This document shows, in pieces, positions 29,300 through 39,140 of a stretch of DNA of 64,000 nt (positions are counted from its first letter, which is position 1; each line of letters opens with the position of its first letter). The notes under the pieces were generated by a model. The model searched no databases. It was not told the DNA's origin and worked only from the letters and a program-made list of their open reading frames with translations. Origin of the DNA: Giardia intestinalis (Eukaryota); assembly GCA_000002435.2 (NCBI GenBank), contig CM018790.1; one strand, written 5' to 3'. A program made the position numbers and the translations under genes.

Positions 29300-30454
29300 A
29301 TGACAGCCAATTACATATACACACCCAAGGATAATCCTCGTGAACATACAGATGTTTACAAGCCAACAATATTTATGACGGACACGCTATCTCCGTCACA
29401 GGGATCCCCAAAGGAGCCAGCTGGACGAAGATCTGTTAGGTTTTCGTCCATAGAAACAACTTTACCCGTTAATAGGTCAAGCCTTCTTACTGGCTCACAT
29501 ACTGCAGAGCCACATACCACGCAAAGAGTACCTAAAACAGCACAGCATCGGAGAGCAGAAGGATTCTCAACCATGCCTTTACAGCGGCCAAAGAGCACTC
29601 TTGCAGCGTCATCTGAAAAGCGTCCCATTGCAGAGTCCACAGACTTAAAGCCTATGCTAGATGAAGGCAGGTACTTCCTAGCAACCTCTAGCTCTGCTTC
29701 TGACTCCAAAGTGTCACGCATATCATGTGCCAATCAACTTTCGCAAGCCTCTAGAAGCGAAGACACCCGGATAGATTCATCGTTTTCTAGTGCATCTAAC
29801 AAGACTCAACGCCACACCTCATCTACCCGGCATAATCCTCTGTTGGATGGTCCGACGTCACGGCCCGAGTACATTGCAAAGGGGCCAGTCGAGCAAGAGA
29901 TCCCTTTGCCGCAGTTCCATGTCATCAAGCTATTGCAAGCAGAATACGTCCTACTATTGCTCAGAAATGAGCGTTTGCAAAAGTATCGCGCCTTTTGTGC
30001 ATTTACCCACAATTTGTTATTGAAGACGCTTAGGAATAAGGCAGCAAGCATACGCACAGAGGTTTTAAAAGCTGCATATTCAGATCTGGCCCAATCCCTC
30101 AACGCTGCGAACGCCGCTCTTCAGGACATTTCTAAGAGAACACTTGCTACGTTTACTCCATCTACTCTCAAGCAACTCAGTGCTTTGAATGATGCTGTGG
30201 AGGCATGTACGGCTGCGAGGTTACGAGGGCTGAGTCTTGTTCCTGCTAGTGAGTGCACGGAGCGCTTGTTAGAGCTGCTCAGAGCTGCTGATGAATTTCT
30301 CGAGCACATTTCTCCCATTGAAGCTGACGTAGCGATTGATTCAGCAGAAGGGGTTAATGCTGGACTAGTGAGTCATCTCTGCAGATCAACAGCGAGGCTA
30401 CAGGCGCTGATTTATGAGGCTGCCCTTCTGGGTCACAGGAAAGATCATGGTTAA
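29300..30454 (+). CDS. Hypothetical protein, 384 aa (Ser/Thr-rich N-terminus, helical C-terminus).
   Basis: ATG ORF immediately after the 16-bp AT-rich spacer. Confidence 0.55.
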   Translation: MTANYIYTPKDNPREHTDVYKPTIFMTDTLSPSQGSPKEPAGRRSVRFSSIETTLPVNRSSLLTGSHTAEPHTTQRVPKTAQHRRAEGFSTMPLQRPKSTLAASSEKRPIAESTDLKPMLDEGRYFLATSSSASDSKVSRISCANQLSQASRSEDTRIDSSFSSASNKTQRHTSSTRHNPLLDGPTSRPEYIAKGPVEQEIPLPQFHVIKLLQAEYVLLLLRNERLQKYRAFCAFTHNLLLKTLRNKAASIRTEVLKAAYSDLAQSLNAANAALQDISKRTLATFTPSTLKQLSALNDAVEACTAARLRGLSLVPASECTERLLELLRAADEFLEHISPIEADVAIDSAEGVNAGLVSHLCRSTARLQALIYEAALLGHRKDHG

Positions 30455-30477
30455 AAAAACACTATATAATTTGAACC

Positions 30478-31326
30478 ATGTATGCGACAATCTCGCCAAT
30501 TGTAGTGCTCAACGACTCCACGCGGATTCTTGCTGACCTGTTTTATCGCCTATCAACGTTCAAGGGTGAGTTCGGCTTCCGTGTCTCGCTTCGCCTGGGT
30601 TACCTCAAAGACCCTATGCCTATGCTTTCCAACTGTATTTTTCACCAAAAGTGCTACAGGGAGACAACACGTGTCATTGGGGAGACATATAAACTGCTGG
30701 AGGTTCTTCCAGCGTCTGTTTTTGAGAAGCTTCTCTATGCGTTTATATTCCCTGAAAAGCCTGCCCCTGCACCGAGGGCAGGCTCCTCTGTTCTAAAGCC
30801 ATCAGACCTACCTCCCTTCGACCTTAATTTTAGGCGTAGCATGCAATCAGAGCTTAATTCTGTTATAGTTACAGAGAACCATACTGACGGCGTTCTTACG
30901 CATAAATACATTCAGCATGAATTTTTTTCATCGACACTTGTCTGCGGTGGTGCCACACGCCTCTTAGTCGAACAAGTTGTCGAAGACACCCGTGCAATCT
31001 CGGCCAATACCTGCGAAGTTTATAAGTGGTCGCGCTGCATACGTCTAGGAGATACACTCAAGGATAGTGACCTTCTAGCACAACTGCCTTTGCAGTTGGT
31101 GTTCGAACTTGAGGAAACAACCTTCGAGACTCGCTACCTTTTCAGAGTAGAAGTTCTGCAGATTGATGAACTTTTGGAGGTAGGATCCCGTGAGCTTAGT
31201 AATATAGACTACGAAGCTGATATTCAAGCGGCTCAAAAATGTCTTACAGAGACTCTTTTCTGGAAGTACGCCGACGCCATCTTACGACTTCAGGCAGGCG
31301 TGGACAGAATTCTCAGCCTTAGCTAA
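30478..31326 (+). CDS. Hypothetical protein, 282 aa.
   Basis: ATG ORF 23 bp after the preceding stop. No recognisable domain. Confidence 0.5.
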   Translation: MYATISPIVVLNDSTRILADLFYRLSTFKGEFGFRVSLRLGYLKDPMPMLSNCIFHQKCYRETTRVIGETYKLLEVLPASVFEKLLYAFIFPEKPAPAPRAGSSVLKPSDLPPFDLNFRRSMQSELNSVIVTENHTDGVLTHKYIQHEFFSSTLVCGGATRLLVEQVVEDTRAISANTCEVYKWSRCIRLGDTLKDSDLLAQLPLQLVFELEETTFETRYLFRVEVLQIDELLEVGSRELSNIDYEADIQAAQKCLTETLFWKYADAILRLQAGVDRILSLS

Positions 31327-31378
31327 TCATAACCTAGGTAGTCATATAAAATACTCTAGGTTTATGTTAATAAACTTA

Positions 31379-34300
31379 CTAAATTGTTAGTGGCTGGAGA
31401 GATCCATTGCCTGCGCATCCGCGCTTGCACACTGTCAGGCCGAGTGCAAGGCCAATGGCCCCGCCTACAAGAACGGCCACGCCAAGGGTGATCCCTGTGA
31501 TCGCGCCTGGGCCGAGGCTACGCTTGACCGACGAGCCTCCGCAGTAGTTCTCCAGGGGGAGATCTCCGTCCGCACAACGGAGGCAGAGGACGGCGCCTGA
31601 CCATGCCTGCGCCTGGCAGAGCCCGCACCCGTGGATGCCTGCCATCCGAAGCCCCTGGGGCGCCGTCTGGTCGCAGGGCACACAGTCCCGGGGGCCTCCG
31701 AGGGGCGTCGCCTGGAAGTACCCGTCGGCACAGGCCAGACAGCTGGCTGCCGACGAACAAGCGGCGCACAGAGGGGGGCATGCCAGGCAGCGGTCGCCTG
31801 CCAGGTGCCAGCCCCTCTTGCAGGAGGTGCAGACGCCCCCGTCGCAACGGGCGCAGCCGGCCGCGGTGCACGGGCTGCACGAGCCCCCGGAGAGCCCGTA
31901 GCCCTCCGCGCAGGCGTGGCACGTGACCCCCGCCCTTGTCAGGTCTGCTGCGCACACGGCACAGTGTGGAATTCCCGTGAAACCGTTCTGACTTGTTGCG
32001 TCATCGCACGGGCGGCAATCGGACGGAGCAGAGACAGAGCTCTGCGTCGAGTAGTATCCCTGGCTGCACGCGCTGCATGTAGTGGCAGATGTGCAGCGGA
32101 GGCAACCAGGCACGCAGGGGATGCATTCCCTGCCGCTTGTCCAGAAGCCCTCTGCCGGACAGTCGCGGGGGCACAGGAGCATCCCGTCCAGAGTCAGCGC
32201 CTTGCGTCCACTCTCGCACGCCAGACAGACGACCGGGCCCACGCGATCAGCGAGGCGGCACCTGCTGGCGCTGGAGTGGGTCGGCCTGACCTCGACGGCG
32301 TTCTCGTTGCATCCTGTGCACGCTATGCTTTGCTCCCTACAGAGGCACTGCGGAGGGCAGATCTTAGGGACGCACTCTTCGCCGTTCCAGATGTGCTCTG
32401 GGACGCAGCTGGTGCATCTCGTGCTTGTACACGTTGCACAGTTGTCGATCGCACACGGGATGCAGCTGCCGGCGGCCTCGTAGTACGCCACTGGACAGAC
32501 TGCATGGCAGGTCACCTCTGTCCCGGTCGAGAGCGCCTTGTAGCCCGGGAGACAGTCCTTGCACAGTGCGGGGCCCGCTACCTTCGGAGCCTCACAGAGC
32601 CTGCAGCCACTCACTCCCACCCAGCTGTCCCTGCCAGATGTGTCCGAGCAGGCAAGACAGGTTCCCAGGCCAGGCGTGGCGAACGTGCCAAAGTACCCCT
32701 CGGCGCACTCTTTGCACCTATCAGCCCCCATACCATCGCACGTCTTGCACGCCGGGTGGCACGCAATGCAGGACGTACTCTGGAGATAGTATCCGGCCCT
32801 GCAAGCGGTGCACGTGTTGGGGTCGTCTACGCACGCGCCGCAGTTGGGATCGGAGCAGCGCACGCAGCCCTTGTCTGTCTTGGAAAAGCCTGCCTCGCAT
32901 GCATTGCACCCGGACGTTGACTCCGTGGTGTCTCCACAAATGCTCGTCCCCGGCGCCCTTCCCTTTGTGTAGCAGGCGCCCTCGAAGAGGAACATCCCGT
33001 CTCCGCAGTGCGAGCACACACCCTTGCTGCAGATAAGTCCCTCCTTCGGCTCTGCGCACGTGCCATCCAGGGGAACCTCTCCGTCAATCAGGCAGCGCCC
33101 GCAGACGACCTGGCCGTCGACGACCGCTGCATCGCGCTCATCACAGATGCCCGTGCCGGGGTACTCGCCTGCGGAGTAGCAGCCCCCCTGGTAGAGGAAG
33201 TAGCTCCCTCGGCACGCGGTGCAGCGGCCCTTCTTGGCGTCCTTTACGCATGGACCGGCAAGTGAGCGAGCTTCTCCAGGATAGAGTGTGCAGATGCCGT
33301 CGATCGGCACGTAATCACTCGACGCGCACTGCGAGCACAGAGACCCGTCCATGACTGTGCAGGAGCCCCAACTACAGGCATCCTGCCCCACTCTTTTGCA
33401 GGGCTTCGTGCAGTATGCCCCGGCCCCGACGCCTGTCAGCGTGTAGGGCTGAATGCATTCTGTGCAGTACTTCACGTCTATCTCGCAGCTGGCGCAGTTG
33501 GAGACGGCGCAGGACATGCACGTCAGCGTCTCCTTATTGTGACGGTAGCCGGGTCTGCACCGCCGACAGGTCCCGGCTTCGCGGCCTGTTCCAAGGACCT
33601 CGCAAATCCCACTTCCAGGAGTAGTCGTGATATCATAGCAGCCTCCCTCGTGGAAGAAGTAGTTCTCGGGACATATGACGCATAAACCGCTGGAGCACGA
33701 GACACCATCTGGCACATCCTTTGTACACAGGCCATTTATTGGAAACTCTCCTGCAAGATTGCACTGCTTGCAATATGTGCGCCCTCCGACTGTCAGAAGC
33801 TCCCTACAAATGCCAGACCCGGGAGTCGCGGCAGGGTCATAGCACCCGCCCATGTAGAGCATGTATCCGCGTAGGCACCCTGTGCAGACACCCTTCCCCT
33901 TCTCGCAAACATAGTCTGTGTCATGCCCCGTGCAAGCCCCGTTGATCGGCCACTCGTCATCCAGCGCACACCTGGAACAGTACAGCGAGCCCATCGCCGT
34001 ACAGCTGCCAGCCTTACAGTTACCAGACTCTGATCCACTGTCGTTGCAGCTTTGGATACACCGCGAGCCGTCCTCGCTAGGAATGTGCTTGTCCTTGCAT
34101 CGCGTGCAGATGACCCTCTTTGGTGCCTCGCTTGGATAGCACTCTGTGCAGCCGTCAACGCCCGTGTATCCATTTGTTCCACCTGTATCATTACATAGGA
34201 TGCAGGACTCCTTTGTGGGATCGAGCAGGCCTGTGCTGTAGTACCCGGAGGCACACGATGTGCACACTCCTGCAACCGCTGAGTCGACGGCCACTGCACA

Positions 34301-37300
34301 AAGCACCGTTCCAGGCGAGCGTCCTATCTCGTAGCACCCCCCGGCGTGCAGGAAGAACCTTGGTCCGCAGCGTGTGCACGACGTGGGGCTTGGTGTGGCA
34401 GCGACACATTGCGATCTGATTGCCCTAGTGTCGGTCAGTGCAACGCATGAGCCATCGATCGGGACTTCCCCGTCTTGCTTGCATTGCTTGCAGATAGTGT
34501 ACGGGCCCAGCGTAGCTTGATGCTGGCTGTCACATATGGCAGTCCCAGCTGCTGCGCCTTTAGCATAGCAGCCCCCATAGTAGAGGAGGTGCGTGTCCTT
34601 GCAAGCCGCACACGTCCCGCTGGATGGGGTTGTACGGATGCAAGCGTCGTCATTTGCCTTGCACTTTCCGTCGATGATAACGCTGCTTAATAGCGCACAG
34701 CGGCTGCATGCAAGCGTGCCGTTGACATTGCAGTATCCTGCAGCACAGGACGTGGAAAGCAATCCAACGGGGCATTCCTCAATACATATGTTATTCCTCA
34801 GTGCAAATCTATCCTTGCAGACCTTACACCCAGTACTATCGCACTTCTTACACCCGGGTGTGCATGCAACACACGAGTTCCCACTGGCATAATACCCATC
34901 CTGGCAAGAGGCGCAGGTATTTGCCGCATTGCACGTCAAGCAGTGGAGCACGCTGCAAGCAACACACTTTTCGGCCGCAAGATAAAAGCCGTCTGCGCAT
35001 CCCGTGCATTTTGCTGCACTATCTTGACACGTCTTGCAGCTCTTATCGCACAGCTGACAGAACTCAGCAGACTCATACATCCCATCCGGACACTTAGTAA
35101 AGCATGCAACCGTTGCAGGACTTCCATCCTTGGTTATCTGGAATGACTTAACACCCTGTTTGCACGACTTGCAGATGCCATCCTCCTTGACGGTGCAGTC
35201 ATCCGAGACCTTGCACTCCCCATCAACGGGCACCTCATCCTTCTGCTTACACTTCGCACAAAACGACCCTGCGCCCGATGTCACGACATCCTGGGCGTCG
35301 CAGATGTCCCTCGCCTCGAACGACCCCGCTTCATAGCAGCCACCCTTGTACTTGATGTATCCGTGGGCGCAGTATTTGCAGGTGCCATTAGCTTGTTCAT
35401 ATTGTATGCACACGCCTGCGGCCACTGAAGCACACACGCCGTTGACTGGGCCCTCGGCGTCAGCAGCGCACTGGGAGCAGTAGAACGTGCCCAGGACATC
35501 ACACTTGTCCTTTCTGCACCTGTGCTCCTTGGGGTCTGCCTCTGCCTCAACGCACGTTTGCACGCACTCCGTTCCCCCATTCATTGGTCTGTAGAACTGC
35601 TCGCAGGCAACACAGACCAGGAGTCCGTTGGAAACCTCGCAGCTCTTGCAGTGGGGTATGCCCTTCAGCGTGTCGCTGTTCTCTGTGCACGGAACACACG
35701 AGTCGCTGACACTTGAGCGGTCGGGGGGCGGGTAGTATCCATCCTTGCAGGTGCTGCAAATGCCGTCATGCACTCCAAGGTCTTTGCAAACCGTGTTTCC
35801 AGGAGCCCTTTCTGCCGAGACGCAGCTCCCAAGCATCAGGAAGTAGTCGCTGCTGCAATAGTAGCACGTGCCAGTGGGGACGCGGTGCAGAGTGCACACC
35901 GCAGCCTCTGTGCTGCCGGGCGTAAGGCAGTGTCCATCGACCAGAAGGTCTGTCACGACTCCGCACTGGAAGCAGTATAGCGTGTTGCCTATTAGGTTAT
36001 GCCTAACGCACGCTTTACTCCCGGGAGGCGCAGCTGGATTGTAGCACCCGCCCATGTAGAGGATGTGGGTCGTCGCACACGACGCACACGTATCATTTTG
36101 TTGTGTTTGCGGTGTGCAAACATTACTATTAGTGGAGGTACACCTTCCATCCACGAGATAATCTGACTCTAGCGAACACCTAGAACAATACTTCCCGTTG
36201 AGCACGTTGCAGTAGCCCTTCAAACACTTTCCTGTCGCCTTGCTGCTCTCCTCTACTTCTGGACAGGATTCTTCGCATCGATTCTGCTCGTTCAAGATGT
36301 ACCTATCTGCGCAGTCTGTACAGGTAGCCGGTCCTGCTGCTTTAGGAGGCAGGCATGTATCGCAGTGATCTATTCCAGTATACCCGTTGCTTCCAACTGT
36401 ATCGTTGCACGCAATGCATGAGTCTATCGCCGTGCTAGCCACCGGGTTCTTGAAGTACGATTTGCCGCACTCCTCACAGACCCCGGCCCCGACCCTGGCG
36501 CAGATATCTGAGTGTGATTCCTGCCGCATGCATATTCCCCTGTGCATAAAGTAGCCGGACCCGCATGCAGTGCACTTGCTGCTTGTGCACGTATTTCCGT
36601 CAAGTTCTGCTGTGCATGACCCATCGACAGGGTACTCGCCCGCATCATTACACGCTTTGCAATAGGCAGTGCCCTTTTCTACTATCTGACTATCTTGTTT
36701 GCAGATCTCGATCACTGGCTGGGTAATCTTATAGCACCCGCCGTAGTATAGCAGGTGGGTTGCGGCGCAGCGAAGGCATGTTCCCGAAGAGGCATTCAGA
36801 CATATGCGGGCCCGTTCTCCTCCCAACGAGCAAACTCCATCTATGGGGACCTCGTTTGCCTCGCTGCATCTGCTGCAAAAGGTGTTGTCTCGAACCGTGC
36901 ATCCTCCGTAGATACACTTCCCTGGGCCGATGCCCTCCTCACAGACTTTTTCGCAGACCTTCGACCCCTTTGTGTTGTCCTTGAGGAAGTATCCCGAGTT
37001 GCAGCTGGTGCAGGAGGCTGCATCTCCGGAACAGGCCCGGCAGTTGCTAACCTCGCAGACCTTGCATCCGTTGCCCGATGACATGTATCCATCTTCGCAC
37101 TTGGAACAGGTGCTGGTGCTGTCGTCTTCATCTTTGCAGATAAGCATGCCAGGCATGACACCCTTTCGGTAGCATCCCCCGTTGTATAGAAAGTACCCCG
37201 ATGCGCAGGATGTGCAGGCGCCATCTTGTGCACTGTGCCCATCTAGGGTGGCTGTGCATATGCCGTCAACAGGACATTCTGCAGATGTGGCGCACCTTGA

Positions 37301-38929
37301 ACAATAAGTGTTGGAAATGGTATTGCAGTGTCCCGTTTTGCACTGTTCCGCCCCCTCAGCCCCTTCATGACAAACCTGCACACAGCTGTTGCCCTTGAGG
37401 ACATGCCCAGTGGTGCACTTTGTGCAGATAGGCATGGTCCCGCTGGGCTTGGGGCTGCACCTCTCGCAATTTGCGACCCCTACGATTGTGATAGTGGCCA
37501 CCGGATCGTTGCAGGGCTTGCAGTAGCCGCGCCCCCCGCTGAAAACCTCAAAGTAGACATCCTTTTTGCAGGACAGGCAGCTGTCGGCAGCACCGCTACT
37601 GCATGTTTCACAGGACTGGTGGCATGGTGCGCACGTGCTGCCACTGCGGTAGTACTTGTTCCTGCACACTTTGCAGCCACCCGTGCCGTCCAGCTCGTCG
37701 CATATGACGTTCCCGGGCGACGTCTCGTTTGAGTAGCAGCCGCCTTTGTAGAGGAAGGCTTTCGCTCCACAGCTTGCACATGTCGTGTCCGTGGGTGTGA
37801 CCGCAGAGCCCCGGGACGTCACACAGCCCACTGCTGCCACCTCTTGCGCGTCGTACCTCAAACAGACCCCTGAGACAGGCACGAAGCCCGGCTGCGCACA
37901 TCGGACACAGACCGTACGCTCCTGGACCTCGGAGGTCTCTGCGCACACCTCCTGCCCCAGAGGTTCTGCTACGCTATAGCAGCCTCCCTGAAAGAGCAAA
38001 TGCCCCTTGGCACAGACACTACAGGTGCCGTTGGGGGGATCGAATGGGGTGCAGATCTTCTTGTCATCTGCAGAGACGCATTTCCCATCAATAAGAAGGT
38101 CGCTACTGCTAGCGCACTGAGAGCAGTATCTGTTATTCAGCGCGGTGCACATGCTTGTTTTGCATTTGGTTGCCTGGCTATCGTGCTCATCACATGTCTG
38201 CGTACATCTTTTGGCAGTAAGGTCGTACGAGTACTTGCTCACGCATACACTGCAATCCTCTGGTCTTTCGCCTGTGCATGTGGCACAGTTGTCAGCGCAA
38301 GCGGTGCACTTACCCTCTTTAATGAAGTACTTTTCTTTACATAGAGTGCAAGTGATCTCGTCGGAGTTTTGAGAGCACTGTGCACAAGCTGTTACTCCAC
38401 CATCTGCAGCAGAGCACTCCTTACATTCGTTATTCTTGAGAAACCGATCTGACCGGCAACTGAGGCAGGACTGAGCAGTGTTGCTTGTGCACGTGGCGCA
38501 TGTGGAGTGGCAGGGCTTGCACTGGTGAATGCTGGATGTCGTGTCTAGAAAGAATCCATCTACACACAGCGTGCAGTATCCTGATGTAGCAGTTCTGCAT
38601 ATGCGGTTTCCGGGGCTATAGAGCACGTTATAGCACCCTCCCTCGTGGAGAAAGTAGCTTCCGTCGCGGCAAAGTTCGCACTTCCTGGCAGAGGTACTCA
38701 GCGGAGCCCCTACGCTGCCTCCGCAACCAGATGCTACTGCCCTGGGGTCAGTGAGGGGGATGCACACCCCGTTAATAGGCACCTCTCCGGGGATTGCACA
38801 CTCGGCGCAATATTGCCCGTCCAAAACTTTACAATTGTTTTCTGCACAGATAGCTGTATCTCGATCAGAGCCTGCAGCTTGGATGCATATCGAAAGAGCC
38901 GCGCCTATCAGCTCAAGAAAAAGAATCAT
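31379..38929 (-). CDS. Giant VSP-like high-cysteine membrane protein (HCMP), 2516 aa.
   Basis: Signal peptide, more than 13 GGCY motifs, CXXC pairs throughout, a single C-terminal TM, and a tail CKRGCAGNGSLQPLTI that is not the VSP CRGKA tail. The ectodomain consists of about 8 repeated ~300-aa modules. Confidence 0.85.
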   Translation of the reverse strand: MILFLELIGAALSICIQAAGSDRDTAICAENNCKVLDGQYCAECAIPGEVPINGVCIPLTDPRAVASGCGGSVGAPLSTSARKCELCRDGSYFLHEGGCYNVLYSPGNRICRTATSGYCTLCVDGFFLDTTSSIHQCKPCHSTCATCTSNTAQSCLSCRSDRFLKNNECKECSAADGGVTACAQCSQNSDEITCTLCKEKYFIKEGKCTACADNCATCTGERPEDCSVCVSKYSYDLTAKRCTQTCDEHDSQATKCKTSMCTALNNRYCSQCASSSDLLIDGKCVSADDKKICTPFDPPNGTCSVCAKGHLLFQGGCYSVAEPLGQEVCAETSEVQERTVCVRCAQPGFVPVSGVCLRYDAQEVAAVGCVTSRGSAVTPTDTTCASCGAKAFLYKGGCYSNETSPGNVICDELDGTGGCKVCRNKYYRSGSTCAPCHQSCETCSSGAADSCLSCKKDVYFEVFSGGRGYCKPCNDPVATITIVGVANCERCSPKPSGTMPICTKCTTGHVLKGNSCVQVCHEGAEGAEQCKTGHCNTISNTYCSRCATSAECPVDGICTATLDGHSAQDGACTSCASGYFLYNGGCYRKGVMPGMLICKDEDDSTSTCSKCEDGYMSSGNGCKVCEVSNCRACSGDAASCTSCNSGYFLKDNTKGSKVCEKVCEEGIGPGKCIYGGCTVRDNTFCSRCSEANEVPIDGVCSLGGERARICLNASSGTCLRCAATHLLYYGGCYKITQPVIEICKQDSQIVEKGTAYCKACNDAGEYPVDGSCTAELDGNTCTSSKCTACGSGYFMHRGICMRQESHSDICARVGAGVCEECGKSYFKNPVASTAIDSCIACNDTVGSNGYTGIDHCDTCLPPKAAGPATCTDCADRYILNEQNRCEESCPEVEESSKATGKCLKGYCNVLNGKYCSRCSLESDYLVDGRCTSTNSNVCTPQTQQNDTCASCATTHILYMGGCYNPAAPPGSKACVRHNLIGNTLYCFQCGVVTDLLVDGHCLTPGSTEAAVCTLHRVPTGTCYYCSSDYFLMLGSCVSAERAPGNTVCKDLGVHDGICSTCKDGYYPPPDRSSVSDSCVPCTENSDTLKGIPHCKSCEVSNGLLVCVACEQFYRPMNGGTECVQTCVEAEADPKEHRCRKDKCDVLGTFYCSQCAADAEGPVNGVCASVAAGVCIQYEQANGTCKYCAHGYIKYKGGCYEAGSFEARDICDAQDVVTSGAGSFCAKCKQKDEVPVDGECKVSDDCTVKEDGICKSCKQGVKSFQITKDGSPATVACFTKCPDGMYESAEFCQLCDKSCKTCQDSAAKCTGCADGFYLAAEKCVACSVLHCLTCNAANTCASCQDGYYASGNSCVACTPGCKKCDSTGCKVCKDRFALRNNICIEECPVGLLSTSCAAGYCNVNGTLACSRCALLSSVIIDGKCKANDDACIRTTPSSGTCAACKDTHLLYYGGCYAKGAAAGTAICDSQHQATLGPYTICKQCKQDGEVPIDGSCVALTDTRAIRSQCVAATPSPTSCTRCGPRFFLHAGGCYEIGRSPGTVLCAVAVDSAVAGVCTSCASGYYSTGLLDPTKESCILCNDTGGTNGYTGVDGCTECYPSEAPKRVICTRCKDKHIPSEDGSRCIQSCNDSGSESGNCKAGSCTAMGSLYCSRCALDDEWPINGACTGHDTDYVCEKGKGVCTGCLRGYMLYMGGCYDPAATPGSGICRELLTVGGRTYCKQCNLAGEFPINGLCTKDVPDGVSCSSGLCVICPENYFFHEGGCYDITTTPGSGICEVLGTGREAGTCRRCRPGYRHNKETLTCMSCAVSNCASCEIDVKYCTECIQPYTLTGVGAGAYCTKPCKRVGQDACSWGSCTVMDGSLCSQCASSDYVPIDGICTLYPGEARSLAGPCVKDAKKGRCTACRGSYFLYQGGCYSAGEYPGTGICDERDAAVVDGQVVCGRCLIDGEVPLDGTCAEPKEGLICSKGVCSHCGDGMFLFEGACYTKGRAPGTSICGDTTESTSGCNACEAGFSKTDKGCVRCSDPNCGACVDDPNTCTACRAGYYLQSTSCIACHPACKTCDGMGADRCKECAEGYFGTFATPGLGTCLACSDTSGRDSWVGVSGCRLCEAPKVAGPALCKDCLPGYKALSTGTEVTCHAVCPVAYYEAAGSCIPCAIDNCATCTSTRCTSCVPEHIWNGEECVPKICPPQCLCREQSIACTGCNENAVEVRPTHSSASRCRLADRVGPVVCLACESGRKALTLDGMLLCPRDCPAEGFWTSGRECIPCVPGCLRCTSATTCSACSQGYYSTQSSVSAPSDCRPCDDATSQNGFTGIPHCAVCAADLTRAGVTCHACAEGYGLSGGSCSPCTAAGCARCDGGVCTSCKRGWHLAGDRCLACPPLCAACSSAASCLACADGYFQATPLGGPRDCVPCDQTAPQGLRMAGIHGCGLCQAQAWSGAVLCLRCADGDLPLENYCGGSSVKRSLGPGAITGITLGVAVLVGGAIGLALGLTVCKRGCAGNGSLQPLTI

Positions 38930-39140
38930 TGATTCCTTTTAAATTTGCAAATTGCTGGATAATATCACTATTGCAAAAAGCTCTAAGTGATGATCCCAGA
39001 TAAATCTATGTACATTTATCTCACGCATCTGAATTTAAAAAACTGACCTCTTCATTGGACATATTATTTGAAACCTAATTATTATGAAATGAAACAATAT
39101 ATTCCGGTCTTTAGGCAGCTCGAATATACGAGGATTCCCC

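Noticed and set aside
31465-33265. Many long ORFs on both strands (e.g. 31631-32920 +, 429 aa; 31518-31955 -, 145 aa) inside the 3' part of the giant HCMP gene.
   Set aside because: These are artefacts of about two-thirds GC content, where stop codons are rare in every frame. The products are Arg/Pro/Ala-rich low-complexity sequences, and they sit antisense or out of frame to a clearly coding 7.5-kb Cys-rich ORF.
31379-38929. Calling the giant Cys-rich gene a bona fide VSP.
   Set aside because: The C-terminus after the TM is CKRGCAGNGSLQPLTI, not the invariant CRGKA pentapeptide, and the size is far above VSPs. I therefore describe it as a VSP-like HCMP.
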